A stretch of DNA of 64,000 bases, taken from the NCBI RefSeq assembly GCF_009914755.1, contig NC_060925.1, one strand, 5' to 3'. The stretch's first letter is position 1, and the number at the start of each line of letters is the position of its first letter. Both the position numbers and the translations under genes were made by a program. Shown one piece after another: positions 31,088-47,449 of the stretch. This stretch comes from the human T2T-CHM13v2.0 reference genome, Homo sapiens. Below the pieces are notes generated by a model, which saw only the letters and a program-made list of their open reading frames with translations, was not told the DNA's origin and ran no database searches.

Positions 31088-32178
31088 TATGGTGTTAAAA
31101 TGTTTTTTTTTCCCCCTTTTTGGAATAAAATTGAGATTAGATAGTGGGCCTTCTTAATGTTCTTACTCAGCAAAGTAGACAATTAACAAACTTATCTTTG
31201 TCCACACAGGGGACCATAAAACTTTGAAAATTGAAGTACAGCATTTACTAATCAGAAGTGTACTATGGCTCAGTGAGTTATCACAAGTGAATACATCTGT
31301 ATAACCACTTCTCAGCACACAAAGTGCACTGCACTTATCTACTCTTGGAAATGCCTCATGCCTCCTTTTAATCATCTCCTCCACCTTCTCCCAAGCACGA
31401 CCTCTGTCCTGACTTCTTCCAATATAGTGTAGTTTTGCCTGTTTTTGACCTTAGATGAATGGAATCATAGAATATGCTTTCCTTTCTGTCTGGCTCCTTT
31501 TGCTCAACCCATTTTGGGATTTCTCCATGTTGTGTGCAGCAGTAGTTGGCTCTTTTTCATTACTATATAGTATTCTGCAGTATGAGCATATCACACACGT
31601 TTAATATGTCTACACTTAATGGTCTTTTGGGTTATTTCTAGTTGGGACCATTATGAAAAGTACATGACAATGCATTCTTTTCCAAGTGTTTTTGGTGTAC
31701 ATGTACACATATTCCTAGGAGTAGAACTGGATCATGGATGTGCCTGTGTTCAGCCTTCAAAAAGATATTTAAATTGGCCATTTGGACATCTGTTGTCAAG
31801 TGTTTGTTCAAGGCTTTTGTCCATTTCTGTATTGGGTTATCTGTGTTTTCCTTATTAAATTTTAAAAGTTTATATATAGTGTGCATGCCAGTCTTTGGGG
31901 CATATGGATGGTGGATGTGGCTTGCCTTTTCACCCTCTGACATTGTTGATGAGCAGAAACTTCCAATTTTGATGTAGTCCACAATATTAATATTTCTCAT
32001 AGGCCACCACACCCAGCCTATGTTATCTTTTAGAAGCTTTATTGTTAACCTTTTATATTTGGATCTAAAATCTACCTGAAATTAATTTTTGTGTATGGTG
32101 TGAGTTAGGGGTCATGATTCTTCCTTTTCTGTATGAATATCCTATTGACCCAGAGCCATTTATTAAAAAGGTTATTTT

Positions 32179-32577
<399 letters not shown>

Positions 32578-32663
32578 TCAGGTTTACTATTCAAGAGTGT
32601 AAGTCCTCCAGCTTTGCTTCGAATCTAACTGGTGAAGTTGGCAGGCTCACCAGGTGTACATGT

Positions 32664-33103
32664 TGTAAGAGTTAAAGAAAGAAGAAAGAAACATGAAAAG
32701 TGGCTCAACAGTCAAAGACAGGTTTACTTTGGAGAATAAACCTGAGAGGGGCTTCTGGCTGGTTTTGGTCAGGAGCCTTCTCTCTTACAAAGGATATTTA
32801 AGGGTTTAGGGAGGGAGAGCTTATTGCAGGCTCAGAATGTTTCTGTGTAGGGGAGAGTTTTATTGAGGGGTTGGGATGTCTCTGGTTGGAGGGGAGGTTA
32901 TCATGGGGCTGTCATGTTTCTGGTCAGAGGGGAGTTTATCTCAGGGTTGGAATGTTTCTGGTCAAAGATATCACTTGTGGTTTATGGTCACGCTGACATT
33001 GGCCATTAGGCTGATGTTTTTGGGCTGGATTTAGGTGGTTTTCAATCAAGGGGAACTTAAAATGGTGGTGTTTGTCCAAGATGGCGATGCTCCTGCGCTG
33101 TCA
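32664..33103 (-). mobile_element. LTR19-family ERV1 solo LTR
   Basis: Reverse complement TGACAGCGCAGGAGCATCGCCATCTTGGACAAACACC...TTTAACTCTTACA; TSD CATGT/CTTGT. Confidence 0.75.
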
Positions 33104-33437
33104 CTTGTCAGATGTACAGCTCAGAGGAATGTGCACATAGCATCTGGAAAGGCAATAAGCTGACTTTTCTGTGTGCTCATTGTGTCCCAGACCCATGCTA
33201 AGTCATCTATATGCATTGTTTCAGGACCTCTATGAGGTCCTTGTTGTCCAAGGATGACTGATATTGAAAAAGATCTCTCAAACTTAGATTGCCTTGATTG
33301 TTCTTGGTGTTTTTTATTTCCATAATACATTTTATAATCAGTTTATCAATGTTTGAAATGATATCTAAATGTAATTTGATATTTTATTGATTCATGGCCA
33401 ATTTGAGAATAGACATCTTTTCAGTATCAAATCTAGT

Positions 33438-33661
33438 GCAGAGGTCAGCAAACTTTTTCTCTAAAGATCCTGATAGTAAATATTTCCGGCTTTGCAGGCC
33501 AGATGGTATCTGTCACAGTACTCAACTCTGTCATTGCAGTGTGAAAGTAGCCACAGGCAATATGCAAGCAAATGAATGTGGCTGTGTTTCAATACAACTT
33601 TATTTACAAAAAGAGGCAGTGGGTCTGATTCAGCCACAGGTTATAGTTTACTGACATCTGT
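33438..33661 (+). mobile_element. MER58A
   Basis: CAGAGGTCAGCAAACTTTTT...CTGACATCTG. Confidence 0.8.
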
Positions 33662-33666
33662 TCTAA

Positions 33667-34094
<428 letters not shown>

Positions 34095-35202
34095 CCAGTT
34101 GTTTGCATTTTTATTACAGTCTATGATCAGGTCATGAGTCATTGGAGAGCAGGGATTGGGTTTTTTCCATGTGTCTTTTCCTTTTGGTGCTCTATACAGT
34201 GTCTGACACATATACTGGTGCAATAAGTTACTAGGGTCTGAATCTGATGTTGAAGAGAAACTGGGAAAGTATGGGGTTTAGAAGCTCACCCTTAGGTGCC
34301 TGGGCCCTGGATTTCTCTGCCTTTTCTGTAGTGCTTTGGGGAAAATCCATGGCACCAAGACTTGGCTCTGTCTATTCTTTACAGATCATCGGTCCCCCGC
34401 CCCCAACTCTTGTATTTTTCCAGTAAAGTTCTGTATCCTGTGAAGATACAGAAAGATCACGTATGTATTAGACTTTGGGCCACTTGAAAGCTACGTCTGT
34501 GTTTACTGATCCCCTGGCCTCTAACATAGCACTTCATGAGTTTTGAATCAATGAAGGGACTAACAGAAGGAGAAGGTTATTTCTGTTTCCTATTGGAAAT
34601 CCCTTGGAAATATCTCTTGTGGTCGCATTTCTATCAGGATGGCTACACTTTGCATCTGGCTTCCTAGGAGAAGGGTTTATTTGGGGCTCCTTTTTCAGCA
34701 CCACCTGGCAGAGCTGCTTGTGCTTGCTGTGCTTAGAGGTTTTGCTGCAGTCTGTCCCTGAATGGGAAGGATGGGAATCGTGGCTGAACGCAGCTGGGGT
34801 TTCCTTCTCTCCCAGATTTACAGCTTTAAAGGCACCCTGAGAAAGCATGACTCATCAAGTCACAGTCTTGGAGGCTCTTGGGACCAATCAGGGCAGCTGG
34901 CATGAGGACAACGTGTCCAGCTTTAGAGTCAGTGGTGGGGTCACCTTCCAGAATTCCCCAGTGCAGCTCAGAAATCTGGCTCTTTTGGAATGTTTTTTCT
35001 TACTTTTGGTTGTATTTTGTAAAGCTGTACCATTTTATTTCTATAGTTTAGCGCTTAGAACATTCGTCAGCACATAGTAGATGGACAAGGACTTAGAACC
35101 TAACTAATGAGGTTGATGGGCTTGCCAGTTGCACAGGTCAGAAGGACAGCTCAGGGGATGTGCACACAGCAGCTGGAATGGGAAAAGTCAAGCTGGAACA
35201 TA

Positions 35203-36009
<807 letters not shown>

Positions 36010-36589
36010 TAGTTAAATCCTAGGAAATGTCCAGTTGATGTATAGTTAAATCCTAGGATTTGCTGATGGATTGAATGCTGGGGAGTGAGGGCAAGAGAAG
36101 AGTGGATGCTGACCATGCGGGTCTCCCCTGGATGGCCCGTCGGGCAGAGTGGCCTTTGGCTGAGAGAATAGAGAATGTATGGGAGGGCCAAATATGGGGT
36201 GGTGGGGAAGAGCAGTGATTTGGTTTTGATAATGTTCTCTCTGTACTTTTGTTTTTTTCATGGCTCACTGCTTCCCAGTGCCATAAACTCAATCTGCAAG
36301 CACTGGCTCAGTTATTCTTTGAGATTTTTATCATCCAAAGATAGCTAGAACTGGAAAAGGCCCCTCAAGGTAAATCCATGTAAATGAAGGCTAAAAACTC
36401 AAAGGTATGGCTTAAAAGATAGAAGACTTAGCAGTAAAACTGTAATTAAAAAATTTTAAATAATTTTTTGATGTAGCAAAATTTATGTGGGTATGAAGGG
36501 GACTTCAACTTCAGTAATATTTTCTTTTATTAAAATACACTGAAGCAAATAAAGTGATCATGTTTTAATTCTAGGCGGTATAGTTCTTT

Positions 36590-37449
36590 TTAAAAAACAG
36601 CTTTATTGAGATTTAATTTATATATTGTGAAAGGAAAATAAATCTTGGGGCCCCAATATCACTAATCTAAAGGGAAAAGTCAAGCTGGGAACCGCTTAGG
36701 GCAAACCTGCCTCTGATTCTATTCAGTCATCCCTGTGCTCACTGAGATAAATGCATATCTGATTGCCTCCTTTGGAGAGGCTCATCAGAAACTCAAAAGA
36801 ATACAACCATTTGTGTCTTATCTACCTATGACCTGGAAGCCCCCTACCCCACTTTGAGTCATCCAGCAATTGCTTCGAGTTGTCTCGCCTTTCCAGACTG
36901 AACCAGTGTTCCTCTTCCATACGTTGATTGATGTCTTATTTTTCCCCAAAATGTATAAAACGAAGCTGTGTCTGACCACCTTGGGCACATGTCGTCAGGA
37001 TCCCCTGAGGCTGTGTCATGGATGCGGGTCCTCAACCTTGGCAACATAAACTTTCTAAATTAACTAAGACCTGTCTCAGATACTCAGCGTTCACAATATC
37101 ATACAATTCACCCATTTGACGTGTACAATTCAGTGATTTTTAGTATATTCACAGGTGTATGCCACCATCAACAAAGTCAAATTTAGAGCATTTTTATCAG
37201 CTCACATAGAACCCCATACACTTTAGGTCTCACCCACTCCATATCCCCAGATTCCTTCCACCCCGGGCGACCACTCATCTGCTTTCTGTTTCTATGTATT
37301 TATCTATTCTGGACATTTCACAGCGATGGGATCATAGATTACGTGGTCTTTTTGTGACTGGCGTCTTGCACTTTGCTTAATGTTTTCGAGTAATTTCAGA
37401 TACAATCCGTGTTCCTGCATGTATCAGTGCTTTATTCCTTTTTATGGCT
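36590..37449 (-). mobile_element. L1MB 3' end interrupted by a MER4A-type LTR
   Basis: CAGCTTTATTGAGAT...; TSD GGTATAGTTCTTT on both sides. Confidence 0.8.
36626..37095 (+). mobile_element. MER4A1-like ERV1 solo LTR
   Basis: TGTGAAAGGAAAATAAATCTTGGGGCCCC...TTCACA; 4-bp TSD ATAT. Confidence 0.85.
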
Positions 37450-37559
37450 GGTATAGTTCTTTATACTTTGCCATAGTTTTGAAAGAGTCACCACTTGGCA
37501 GGATAATCTAATGTGGTTATGTTGAAAGGATGTTCTTATCTGTGAGAGCTAAATAAAGT

Positions 37560-38210
37560 GTCAAAGGGGGATGGGAGTATGGGTGGTTGGAAAAGGCCTC
37601 AATGTGGCAGTGACTTTTGGGCAAAGATCTGAAAGAGATGTGAGTACCTGGGAGATGGTGCTCCAGGCAGATGGGATGGGAGGTCTAAAGACCCTGCGAT
37701 AGATTAAGGAATGTCCCGGTAGGCAATGAATGAGGAGAAAATAGCAGGAAGTGAGGCCCGAGAGGCACTGAGCTGGGGTAGGCTATGGAGATCACTTGGG
37801 ACCTTGTAGACTGTTGAAGGGAATTTAGATTTTGTTATGGGTGAAAGGGGAAGCTGGGAATGCAGAAGTACCTTGACTGACATACAAGTTCAAGGAGCTC
37901 TCTGGCCAGCGGTTGAAAATGGACCATAAGCACTAGAGGACAGAGGCAGAGAGTCCAGGTTGGGAAGAGTGGGTGTGACCATGAATTGGACTCAAGCACT
38001 GGGAGTTGCAAATAGAGTTGGGATCCATTTCAAAAATAGTTCTTGGAGGATTTGCTGATGATTGAAGTTGGGGAGTGAGGGCAGAAGAGTGAATGACCAT
38101 GAGGGTCTCCCCTGGGTGGCCCATAGGATGGAGTGGCCATTGACTGAGATGGTAGAGACTTGGGAGGGGCACATATGGGGTGGTTGGGGGACAGAGCGTG
38201 ATTTGGTTTT
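37560..38210 (-). mobile_element. L2
   Basis: Antisense L2 pattern including AGGATTTGCTGATG-ATTG and TGGCCATTGACTGAGATGG. Confidence 0.65.
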
Positions 38211-39769
38211 GATAATGGTTTCTCTCTCCCTTTGTTTTTTTTCATTTCAAAGGATCTAGTTCTCATTTGAGTCTTCACTAATGAGTCACTTCTCCTAGGA
38301 AGCTTTCACCAATTCTCTCCCAAACTGAGTTGGGGTCTTGCTGACTCCGACAGCACTTCATGCTTCCCTATGCCCTGGCTCACCGTGCTGTTACTACCCA
38401 GAGTGGGCAGGACTAGGACACACCAGGCTGGCTGTCTGCCCTGGCTGGCTGAGACCACCAGTGAACACTGCACCTCCCTGCTGGGAGAATAGGGGCTCAC
38501 TCTTAGTGTGGTGGCAACTCTGCCTATGTGAGCTGGAGGTGCTTTCTTTTCTTACCCTGAAATTTTCGAATTCCATGTTTAGGACAAGAATGAAGCAATG
38601 AACAGTCTCCACTTGTGTTTCTGAGTCACCCGATGGCTTCCTCCCACATTTCCCCTGCCTTTTCCCTATTTTCAAGTCCCCTTTGCACAAAGGCATGTAC
38701 ACGTGTAGCCAGTGACATTGGGTCCTGATTACAGTGAAGCTTACAGGTCCTTGTTATTAATGAGTAAAAATAACCAGGCAATGAAAATAAGAAAGGAAGA
38801 TTTATCTTTAAGAGTTAAAAAAAAAAAAAAAATCTCCTGGGAACTTCAGTGCATGACAGCCATAAATGGCTGTAAATTTTCCCAAGCACAAATCAGTATC
38901 TTAAGGTGACAAAATGCTGGCTGGAGTGACATATCATATTTGATACTGGGGTGACAGTTAAAATAGCATCCTCCATATTTGCTATTTTTCCAAGTTAGGG
39001 CTTCAAAGGGAATAGCTAGGGAGACAAGAAACATTTATCATCTATGATTTTTGCTCCCTTTCAAAGGTTAACCTTGCTATGGTGCTCAAAGAAAAAAACC
39101 TGCAAAAATATGTGTTTTAAATATGCATTTGTCGTAAAGTGCCTAAAATCCCATGTCACTCGGCCCTTTGTTTTCCATGAAAACCCTCATGCAAGATTCT
39201 GTCATTGTAGCGTGGCAGCTATGCTAAAAAAGAGATGTCACATTTTCAGTTTCATCAAGCAGGATTCTTGTTTTTGTGTGTGACCCAATTTCCGTGTTCT
39301 ATAAAGCCCTTTCAGAAATCTTTTAAGATCATAATAATGCAGTCCTGGGTTTTGTTAATAGAAGTACAATATCAAGGTGCCTGTGTCTTCCCTGGAATGA
39401 ACCTGGTCCTAGTGCAGTTGGAGAAGAAAGACACTGAGGAACTAGAAGGTCACACAGGGACCCTGAAGCAGGTTTGGAAGACTTTCTGTGTAAAACAGAG
39501 CTGAGCACAGTGGGGCATTACAGAGAGGGCTTAAAATGGGGCCTGGGAGCTGTTTACAGACACCTAAAAGGGTTTGAGCAGGAGGAAGTATTTTTTTCTG
39601 CTCATCACATCAGAAGACAAGGTTAGGAATAGCTGGGCAAAGAACCATCAGAGGTGGGTTAGGAGTTTGGTCTGTGTCCCAGGCAGACCTATGTCCAAAT
39701 CCCAACTTCACTTTTATCCACTTTGGACCTATGTTCAAATCCCAATGGTACTGTTGCATTCTTTGATTC

Positions 39770-40170
39770 AGTGGCTCTTGGTGGAGGATCTCTTTTGAGC
39801 CAGGCATGTTTTTAGGCATGGAAAATACAGTGGATGCAGGATGGAGAAGTTTCCTGCCCCAAGAAGCTTGCATCTTAGTGGGAATCCAAAAGCTAGATCC
39901 ATATTCTGATATTTAGAAGGTCGCATAGCAACTGAAACAGAGAGGAAACTGGATGTGTGGAGCGGAAGAGACACAAGTACAGGGTGCTCAGAGGCTGCCC
40001 TGCAAGGGGCCACATTTGGGCTGAGACCTGAGTGATGGAAAAGATATGGTCACATGAACATCAAGGAGGAGGGCATCCCAGGCAGGGGCAGGGCCCCTGC
40101 AAAGATTCTATGGTGGGAACAAGCCTGGCAGTGGGTTCAAGGAACAGAAAAGAGAGCCGAGTCAATGGCA
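39770..40170 (-). mobile_element. L2
   Basis: GAGCCAGGCATGTTTTTAGG...CATTTGGGCTGAGACCTGAGTGATG. Confidence 0.6.
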
Positions 40171-41212
40171 GAGGTGAAATTCCAGCTTGGCTCCATCCAA
40201 TTTCAGAGTTGAAACTGTTAACCACAGAGCTAAGCTACACATACTGGAGGAAGCAGAGGGTGTGTTTGTATGCAGTGGTCAGAAATTTCATTGCTCAGGT
40301 TTTGGGGAGAAGATCAGGTTCCTGTAAACTAATAGCCTGTGACTTTAAAAATGTGCCATACCTGGGGTTCTCCTGAAAGTGCTTTCTCATATAGTTAAGA
40401 AACTTGGGTGGAGATCCCATTGTGTTACTTCCTTTTGCTGGGTCCTTCTGGATCATGTATGATGATGATGATGACAGTGGTGACATTGATGATGACAACT
40501 GTAACCATAGTAACAGCTTCTCTGAGAACTTGTTATATACCTGGCACTCTGTGTATTATCTCCCTGAATTCCTATTTTTCTTTTCTTATTGTTCTGTTAA
40601 CACTGAAGCTTAGAAAGGGTAAGTGACTTGCCCAAGGTCACACAACATCAGTATGGCTTCTGAAATCATGCTTGTCACTAGTTTTCTGAATTGCAAATCA
40701 GGAGAAAATGAGTTGGAAAGTAGAGTTTAGAAACTCACTATTCCCAAGACACTGTTGCCTGTACAATGTGTGATTAACATAATAAAAAATTCAGGACATG
40801 ATTTTTGTCCTGAATAAAATATTGATCCAGCAAGGCTCTGCATGGGGATGATGGTCAGAAGCATACATGGGCATATTTTGGGGAAAGAAAGAGTAACTTC
40901 TAGGTAGGAGAATTCTTTAAAGCATTGCCTTTTCACAAAATATTTTGATCTTTAATTTTGCTGAGTACATGCCTTGGAGTGAAAAACAAAATGCTCCATT
41001 TGAAGAAATCTTTTTTTTTTTTCCCTGATCTCTAATTTTGGAGAAAGAGCTCTAACAGGCGATAGATTCTAATCTTTGTTGTGTGCTCAAACAAGTTGTG
41101 AATTAGAGAGACTTCTCCTCCTGGGAATTAGTAGCTTTCTGCTTTGTAAAATAGATTTGAGAAGCCAGAGCTGGGCCAGCTGAGGGCCAAGGTCTAGTTC
41201 AGCTTCAAGGCT

Positions 41213-41471
<259 letters not shown>

Positions 41472-41959
41472 TAATCCAGTTAAAAACTCAGGCTGCTGGC
41501 GGGCATACCTTATACATTCATTGGAGAGCGAGGTTGACTCCCACTGTGCGCTCTTCATCTTCATGACTGCATTCAGGATCCCAAGGAAGAGATGGATTGT
41601 CTGGGAGGCACACTGCAGCTCAGAAGCCTGCAGCCATCCATCATTGCGACACCTTCTTTATGGGCAGAATGACTTTGGTGATGCTCACATCAATGTCAGC
41701 CTGGGGCTTTGGTGCTAGCCTTGAGCCTGACATCTGGGGGCACTTTGAGCAGCTACTAAAGGTCTACTCATGGTTAATAAAGGGATCACATGAATGAGAT
41801 AAAATATGTGAACTAATTGGGAAGAAACTGGGGAGTCTAGCCACAGGAGGGCGTGTGGTTGGCATAGGAAAGGGATGGGGGCTGGGAAGTGTTTGATATT
41901 TTCTGGGAAAAGATCCAATGCAGAGAAGGGAGAGAATTAAACTAACAGGTAGAATGTAT

Positions 41960-42190
41960 TAAGTGTTTGCTACGACCAGACCTTGTGCTAAATGCTTTGC
42001 GTGGGCCATTTTCATTAAATCCTCGTAGCAACTGCCTGCAGTAGGTATTATTGTTATATCCATTTGATAGGTGGGGAGGCTGAGGCACTGAGTGTTTGAG
42101 TCACTTCCTCCATGGTCACAATCTTGGTTGGTTGGAGCCAGAATTTGAACTCAGGCAATCAGTCTTTAGAGTCTAACGCTTAACCATTTC
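41960..42190 (-). mobile_element. MIR
   Basis: GGTATTATTGTTATATCCATTT...GAGGCTGAGGCACTGAG...TTTGAACTCAGGCA. Confidence 0.75.
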
Positions 42191-42234
42191 CCCCTACTGC
42201 TTCCTTATTTCCCCTTCTCTGTATATTATATAGC

Positions 42235-42612
42235 CACACTGTTTGCCATGTGACTTTGCTATGCGTCTCAGTAGAGATGGGGAACATCCTGCCCCCTCTT
42301 CCTACCGATTGATGTTGAACTTGGTCAGAAGATTTGATGTGGCCAATCAAGTGTTGGTGGATGTGATTCAATTACAGACTTTAAATGTGCTGGCATGAGT
42401 TAGCTCCAAGTCTCACGTTTCTGCTACCTGTTATGAAAAGGACAAGCCCCGGGGAAGCTGCTTCTCCATGCAGTAGACCTGAACCCCACCTGTAGCCTGA
42501 AGCCAGGGTGAACCACCAGCAGAGGGCAGCCTACCTGTCGACCCACAAATGAGAAATAAGTGCTTCCTATAAGCCATTGGTTTTGGCTATTGTCACATGT
42601 CATTATTACAAT
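42235..42612 (+). mobile_element. old MLT1 (I/J-like) LTR
   Basis: GCCATGTGACTTTGC...GGCCAAT...GAGAAATAAGTGCTT...TAAGCCATTG. Confidence 0.5.
42516..42530 (+). promoter_or_regulatory. candidate CTCF site
   Basis: CCAGCAGAGGGCAGC matches the CTCF core consensus. Confidence 0.45.
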
Positions 42613-43609
42613 GGGATACAATGGGATCCCTGATACAATGGAATCTACTAAGCCATTTTCCCCCTTTTTCCCTTTCTCTTGTCTCCCCTTCCATTGAGCA
42701 TCTACTTTGTGATGCTACTATGTGGTGCTGTGCTAGGGCTGGGGAAACAGACACAGACCCAGTCCTCATAAATCCCAGTCTTATGGGGGAGTTGGTTAAT
42801 AGGCAGACAAATTAAAATGCTATATTTGAAATATAAGAAAAGCATAAAAGTCACTGACTTAGTCATTGGAGAAGGTTTTACCAAGGTAGGAACCTTTGGC
42901 CTGGGTTTTGCAGGATTCATAGGAGTTTACCAGAGCTGATAGTCTAGAGTAAAGGAAGTGCTGGGTTTAATAATCTCTGCATCCCTGGTCATCCCGTAAC
43001 AGCCACTCAGTCTTGGTTTGGAGAGAGAACACTCCAGTGGTCCTTAGGGGGTCCTGGACTGACCCCTCTTGGCCTGTCAAGATAATGCCCACAGATCTGC
43101 CCCATGGCCTTGTGGGTCCTGGCTCTATACCTCCAGTGTCTTACCTACCACCCCTGACCCCTACAAGTCTGTCTTATGTGTCTGGACTTGAATGAAACAG
43201 GAAGCAGATCCCTCAGGTTCCCAGTAAAATCTTGTGGTCAGAGCATCTGTGTACAAAGTCCTTGGTTTTTCTCCTGATTAAATAATGAAGGGTCATTTAT
43301 CTCTGTTCATGCTGGAAGAATTCAATTTTGCCAGTTAATGTTAGTGAATTGCAAAATCTAAGGAAATGATAGTTTCTGCAAAATAAAAACAGTCACACTA
43401 TTTTTATTACACAGCTGTAATGGTCCAGGTACATGGCTATGATTGGATTTGAAAACTGTAAACATAAATTAATAATTCTCCCTCCAAATAGCAGTGCAGC
43501 TTCCCTGACATGTTTTAATCGCTGTGCTTTGCAGTGCAGGAAAACCTGGCCGGGTGTGACTGCAGCAAATTGCTTCTTTGGGAACTGCCAATGTTTTTCA
43601 GCCAGAGGG

Positions 43610-43662
43610 GTGTGTGTGTGTGTGTGTGTGCATGCGTGTGTGTGTGCATGCATGTGTGTGTG
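43610..43662. repeat. (TG)n imperfect microsatellite
   Basis: Directly visible. Confidence 0.9.
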
Positions 43663-44007
43663 CATAGACACATGCTTTTTTCTTGAAAGATGCTGAGTTG
43701 AGGCTTAGCATCACAGACTCAGGGAAGATTAAACCAGAAGCAATCATGCCTTATGCCAGTGTCCTGACTTCTCCATTATCCAGACTAATAAGAGAAGATA
43801 AAACGTGTGGATAATCAAAAACATGGCCAGTCCCAATGATTGTCGTGTGTGTGTGTATTTGGCCCCTAGTATATTAATGTTAATTCTTATATGTAGCTTA
43901 GACTGAGCTATTTCAGAACCAAAAATCATGATGCAAATACTCATAATTACATTTTCTGATTCATAAATGTATTTATATAAGACACCTTACAAAGGTGTAT
44001 AGCTTAA

Positions 44008-44317
44008 GTTTTTCTTTGAAATGGAGTCTCGCTCTATTGCCCAGGCTGGAGTGCAGTGGCACGATCTTGGCTCACTGCAACCTCTGCCTTCATGGTTCAA
44101 GCGATTCTCCTGCCTCAACCTCCCTCCCAAGTAGCTGGAACTACAGGCACGTACTGCTAGGCTTGGCTAATTTTTTTTTTTTTTTTTTGTATTTTTTAGT
44201 AGAGATGGGGTTTCACCATGTTGGCCAGGCTGGTCTCAAATTCCTGACCTCAAGTGATACACCTGCCTCAGTCTCCCAAAGTGCTAGTATTACAGATATG
44301 AGCCACCATGCCCAGTC
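44008..44317 (-). mobile_element. AluS
   Basis: Dimeric Alu; TSD AAGTTTT. Confidence 0.9.
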
Positions 44318-44389
44318 AAGTTTTACATTTAATAACTCATATATACAAGAAGGAATAAGTTATTAGCTAGTTTACATTCACTTATATGA

Positions 44390-44720
<331 letters not shown>

Positions 44721-45371
44721 TTATTAAACATATTAAATCCAGGAATTCTCATAACATCACCATGAGATAGGCACCATTTTCATCCCCATTTTATAGATGA
44801 GGAAATAGAGACCTGGAGGGCATGAGATAGTTGGCCACAGTAACACAGCTAGTAAATTTGATCCAAACTCAGGCAGTCTGGCTTGGGCCGGAGCTCACAA
44901 TCAATCACTAGCAATATGGGTTCGTTGCTAAATGTTTGACGCTGGAATGATTCCAAAATCTGGGGAGGAGGTTGTCACGCATGTATCTTTTTCTTCTGAC
45001 AGGCTCACTTAATAATTTTCTAAAATGAGTTATAAATAAAAAGTTTACTTAAAAATAGATACCAAATGCAGATACTTTTTCTAAATAAAATTTTTTGGGG
45101 GAATAATTTTAGATTTACAGAAAGGTTGCAAAAATACTACAGAGAATTCCTACACACCCTTCATCCTATTCCCTATTTCCCCGAATGTTAATATCTAACA
45201 TTCCAATGGTATATTTATCAAAACTAAGAAACCAGCATTGTACATTACTATCACGTAAACTCAAGGCGTTATTTGGGTTTCACTAGTTTTCCCATTAATG
45301 TCCTCTTTTTGTTTCAGGGTCACATTTAGGTCCCTTCATTGTATTTTTTTTTTCATTAAAAAATATTCATC

Positions 45372-45669
<298 letters not shown>

Positions 45670-46576
45670 TCAAGTCTGGTAGGGTCTGGTACAAAGTCAG
45701 TGGTCCTTCATTCATTGGACAAGTGTTTACTGAACCTTTGTTTTTTGCCTGGCTTAGTTCTAGACCTTGTGGGCATAGCTATGGACAGAACAAACCCAAA
45801 TCCAGCCCTCATGGAGCTGACAGGCTAATATTTGCTGAATGGTCATTTTAATGGTGAGAATAATAGCAAATCATTCATCGAGTACTTGCTATGTGGCAGG
45901 CACTGGTCATGAAGGCATTGTGCTCATTTGATTGAAATTATGACCCAATGAGGTGCCTGAGGTTCAGAAAGGTAGACTAACTTTCCTAAGCCACATATCT
46001 GGTTAGTGGCAGGTTAGTATTCTAACCCAGGGCTGTCTGCCTCTAAGGCTGATGTCCTTATTACTTTTTGGAAATGAATGAATGGATGGATGAATTCTTA
46101 AAGAAGACCGTCAGAGACAAAAGATGTGTTGGATGAGAAAAGAAAGCCAGCTTGAAGTCAAGAAAAGAAAGACAAGATTACCAAGAATACCTCCACGCCT
46201 TTGAATAAATGGAAATAGCCTGTACCAATCCTTTTAAATAACATAGATATTTCTCTCCCTGGGAACTAGTATAGAATAGATGCATAAAATAGAAAATATA
46301 AAAGTAACAGCAAAGAATGATCACCAGACTCACAGGAGCAAAAGCAACTGCTGCCTCTCTCTGCCAGATAAGTTGCGACAAAGGGTAAAGTGAGGTTGAG
46401 TTTCCTCAAGGACAAAGTGTGCCTCAGATTTTCTGTGAGCCTCCATTGGGGCACTGGGGGTGTGTGAAGAGCCACCATCTTGAGATGGCACTCCCCGGGG
46501 AAGCGTCTGGAAAGAGATGCCTGGAAAAGGCCATAAGCATAGATAAGCCTGCCACTCTCTAGAGGCAAATCCTTAC

Positions 46577-46622
46577 CTGTAAATTTAATGTCATTGTGCT
46601 TTTGTCAAAGTCTATGAAATTC
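46577..46622 (-). other. candidate 46-nt internal exon on the minus strand
   Basis: Acceptor ...ttcatttgttctgcttatag|G and donor CAG|gtaagg in unique sequence; no transcript evidence available. Confidence 0.3.
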
Positions 46623-47114
46623 CTATAAGCAGAACAAATGAACACGGGCAAAAGACACGGCTAGAAAATCTCCTTCACTGATACCCAAGAAGAGGTGGGA
46701 TTGGTGGAGAACAGGTTCTCTCTCTCCAAATCCTACTTTCCCCTCATGCTGGAATCTCACTGGTCTGTCCAGATAGACAGTTTCATGTGACTGTGACTTT
46801 TGTTTGCTGTTTCTCTCTTTCTCTTTCTCTCTGCCTGTTGAAACCCTTTCTATCCTTTAAGACCCAAAGTTGGAAGGGGTTCCTCTGACCACTGGGCTTC
46901 CGGGCATTGTATTTACTCCTTGGGCAAGATTCACTCTATTTACTTGGGTTGTTTACTTGCCCGGCTCCTCTGAGTGACTGAGAGCTCTTTGAAGGTGGAA
47001 ACTGGGTCTTACTCATCAATCTAATCAATCTAATCCCTAACCCCAGTGCAGGTTCAATGAGAGTTTTTACCGAGAGATGAAATGAAATTGAATTAGCATA
47101 ATAATAAGCCTTCA

Positions 47115-47449
<335 letters not shown>

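Noticed and set aside
33438-33661. Third MER58A as part of the 8.3/9.3 kb duplication
   Set aside because: Different flanks and it lacks the GTTTTTGTTT variant shared by the other two; independent insertion.
34847-34855. Isolated AP-1 sites (also 38281, 38621, 63731)
   Set aside because: 7-9 bp motifs are expected by chance without supporting data.
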